A DNA stretch of 63,733 nucleotides, counting the filler, from Nemertoderma westbladi (lineage: Eukaryota > Animalia > Xenacoelomorpha), in the NCBI GenBank assembly GCA_032718475.1. It is 3 parts of 3 records of this genome, joined end to end, with 100 filler letters (N's around TTAATTAATTAA, not from the genome) between each part and the next. Parts side by side here need not be neighbours in the genome. Positions count along the whole stretch, not along the records: positions 48,931 to 63,733 come from JAUCBJ010006474.1; 2 more parts are not named here. One strand, 5' to 3'. Below are positions 61,731 to 63,733 of the stretch, piece by piece. The position numbers and the translations under genes were made by a program. Position 1 is the first letter of the stretch. Every line of letters starts with the position of its first letter. Under the pieces are notes generated by a model. It saw only the letters and a program-made list of their open reading frames with translations, made no database searches and was not told where the DNA came from.

Positions 61731-62988
61731 TGAGCCCCAGACGGAGTCCCAATTGGTGTGTTGCGGAATAGTCAGTCCACTTGTTCTTAGCTCTCTGTTG
61801 GGTTGGCAGTGGTATGGTTTACAGAACCTTGGCTTAACAAATCACGTTGTTGCCTTTGACAGCGTCTTTGTCTGGCCTTAAATTCCTCCTCACGTTCGTA
61901 TTTGGACAGATCGCGGTCTATATAATAGCGCTCTCCATTTTTTACAATGATTTCATCGCAAGTATGGTGTTCGCATTTTCAATAGACCCGAAGGACAGTA
62001 GCAGGGGTCGTGCTGAACCATCCTTTCTGTGTTTACCCAGCCGGCGTAAGTTAAGACATTGTGTGATTTCACCAATCGAATCTCGAATGGATTTCTCGTC
62101 TATTTCACGTTGTTATCTTTGTGAGTTAGCAGCATTGTCCCCAGGAAGTCGTATGATGACAACATTGCGTTTCCGTAAGTCGTTCTCATGAATTGCCCTT
62201 TCTATTGTAATGTAAGTGCTGGGATTTCCTGTTGTTAGTGGCAGAGTGGGTTGTTGTGTCATCTTTTGCAGTTCCATTACGGCCTTTGAATTTTTGCGAA
62301 CAACTTCAATCCAAGTAGACGAATTTTTGTCATTGGTTGGTTCATTATCATCCAATGTATCCAATGGGTTTGCTATCCAATCCAATGAGTTTCCAGTTTT
62401 GTGAAAATATCAGATTGAATTGTTTCTATTTCGTCTAGCTGTACCTCAATTTCGCTACGTAGTGAGGATAAGTCCTCCTCTCTTTGGGACGCTACGTTGT
62501 GTACATCATGTTTGGTTGAATCACTTGTTTGCTGAAGGTCGAGGTTCTCCTTTTCAAGATTAGCAATTTTTACCGCGGAACAGAAACCACAAGCAAACTT
62601 TACTTTCCCAATAGAGTGAGTTAGTGACTCTGTAGGAACTTCTATCTCCTCAGTCCATGTTGACTTACAGAATGAACATTTCACACTTGTTTTTGTCCAG
62701 TTCTTCGTTTTTGATTGGCGTCGGTTTGCAGCCACAATCTTCATTGGATTGCCACCTGATTGTCTTCGTTGATCGCCTGTTGGAGGTGCCATTAATTGTT
62801 AGTTTAACCCCGTAATGTTGCAATGGGTGAGTTCTCAGTGTCCCAAATCCAGTAATATATAATATATCAATAAAATGCAATTAGTGGTTTGGTCAAATTG
62901 TATTACACAAACAGTCTGATATAACTATTGTTTACCCAATTTCGAAATCTACTGAAAGGCGGTAGTTTCCCTCTGTCTCATTTCTATC

Positions 62989-63414
62989 ATACATTTATTA
63001 TAGGAAGGGATCTAGGGGTCTTTACCTCGAATGATAAGTTTATTTTACCGAAAATAACTTTTCTTTTATTGGCGCAATTGTAGGACTAATCCCATCACAT
63101 GCATACTTTTTAACCGGGTAGTGTACAAATTTAGGAATCGCGTAATTTTTCTTGAAATTAATATCTCATATCTCTCCAAACCACGTACGCGTTTCGACCT
63201 TACTGGGTCTCATCAGCGTGGTGTCGGATTTGAACCTGGGACCTCGAGGTGGAAGCCGAGACTACAACCACTAGGCCACAGGTTCATTAGATATGGAGTA
63301 TTAATTTCAAAGCCAGCTGCAATTTTATTAGGCCCTGATTTTTTGATTATTGATAGTAATAATGTGTTGGCAAGCTGTATTTTTCGAGGTGTTTGTTATT
63401 ATACATTTATTATA
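62989..63414 (-). mobile_element. tRNA-headed hammerhead retrozyme/SINE-like repeat, copy 2 (412-bp monomer + 14-bp terminal redundancy)
   Basis: Homologous to 35508-35899; atacatttattata at both ends; A box TGGCCTAGTGG and B box GGTTCAAATCC on the minus strand. Confidence 0.8.
63180..63222 (-). ncRNA. Minimal type I hammerhead ribozyme
   Basis: Identical to 35751-35793. Confidence 0.9.
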
Positions 63415-63424
63415 TATTATATAT

Positions 63425-63525
63425 TTAAATATTTAGGCGCCACATTGGATAACTGCTTATCAGGAGAAAGTACAGTGAAAAATATTTTCTCGAAAGTTAA
63501 CAGTAGGCTTAGGTTTCTATACAGA
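63425..63525 (+). mobile_element. Short L2/CR1-type RT C-terminal fragment
   Basis: KYLGATLDNCLSGESTVKNIFSKVNSRLRFLYR. Confidence 0.6.
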
Positions 63526-63534
63526 TGAATGTCG

Positions 63535-63733
63535 TCATCATGTTGTTATTTTGTTTCTGACCCTGCCACGGTGTGGCCCTACTTCCAGCTGCTTGTAGAC
63601 TACAAGTCCCCTGCGTGGCCGCATGTGGTAGCGACTGTCTCACTCTCGGGAATGCATCCGCCAGATTATGTTCAGGTTTAGGCCTGTTGTATTCAGCTTT
63701 CGGTGCCCTCCCCAAACTATCCTCGCTGTAGAG
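63535..63733 (-). mobile_element. Gag fragment of a third member of the BEL-derived A/B family (continues past the window edge)
   Basis: YSEDSLG..RPKPEH..FPRVRQSLPHAATQGT..AGSRATPWQGQK aligns with elements A and B. Confidence 0.88.

Larger units (their letters stand above)
59117..62792 (-). mobile_element. Degraded CR1-type LINE (ORF1, 30-bp array, ORF2 fragment) interrupted by an RTE
   Basis: ORF1: CSFCKSTW..FACGFCSAVKI + coiled coil + RKRNVVII..RLGK..RPLLLSF; ORF2 piece GAPGPYEVYPAVLKEL..PLKHIFQKS..VPQQWKLANITPIFKSG at about 59117-59338. Confidence 0.75.

Overview
Eukaryotic (animal-like, probably invertebrate) genomic DNA, almost entirely transposable elements and tandem arrays, split by two 100-bp assembly gaps (28239-28338, 48831-48930). 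Host genes: an intronless intracellular serpin (21667-22827, -) and the main coding exon of LSm6 (34031-34241, +). Mobile elements: an intact, very young Copia (4359-9133); two full-length BEL/Pao-derived LTR elements that keep Gag and protease but lack RT, RNase H and the integrase core (A 10142-21368 +, B 38519-46979 -), plus a third fragment at the right edge; several RTE and CR1/L2-type LINE pieces; CRE, IS3EU, Mutator and Gypsy remnants; a hAT element (37102-48047) holding nested RTE, BEL and EnSpm-like insertions; and 28-, 30-, 33- and 53-bp tandem arrays. Most notable: (1) both BEL-derived elements lack a tRNA primer-binding site and instead have a post-LTR 9-mer complementary to a site in their own LTR, with different sequences but the same pairing, suggesting self-priming; (2) element A carries an extra DEDDy 3'-5' exonuclease-like plus zinc-knuckle ORF; (3) a ~412-bp repeat joins a tRNA-Gly-like Pol III head to a minimal type I hammerhead ribozyme and occurs as two circularly permuted copies (retrozyme-like); (4) the serpin has Asp in the same reactive-loop register as the caspase inhibitor CrmA. 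All assignments come from reading motifs by eye; no database searches were run.
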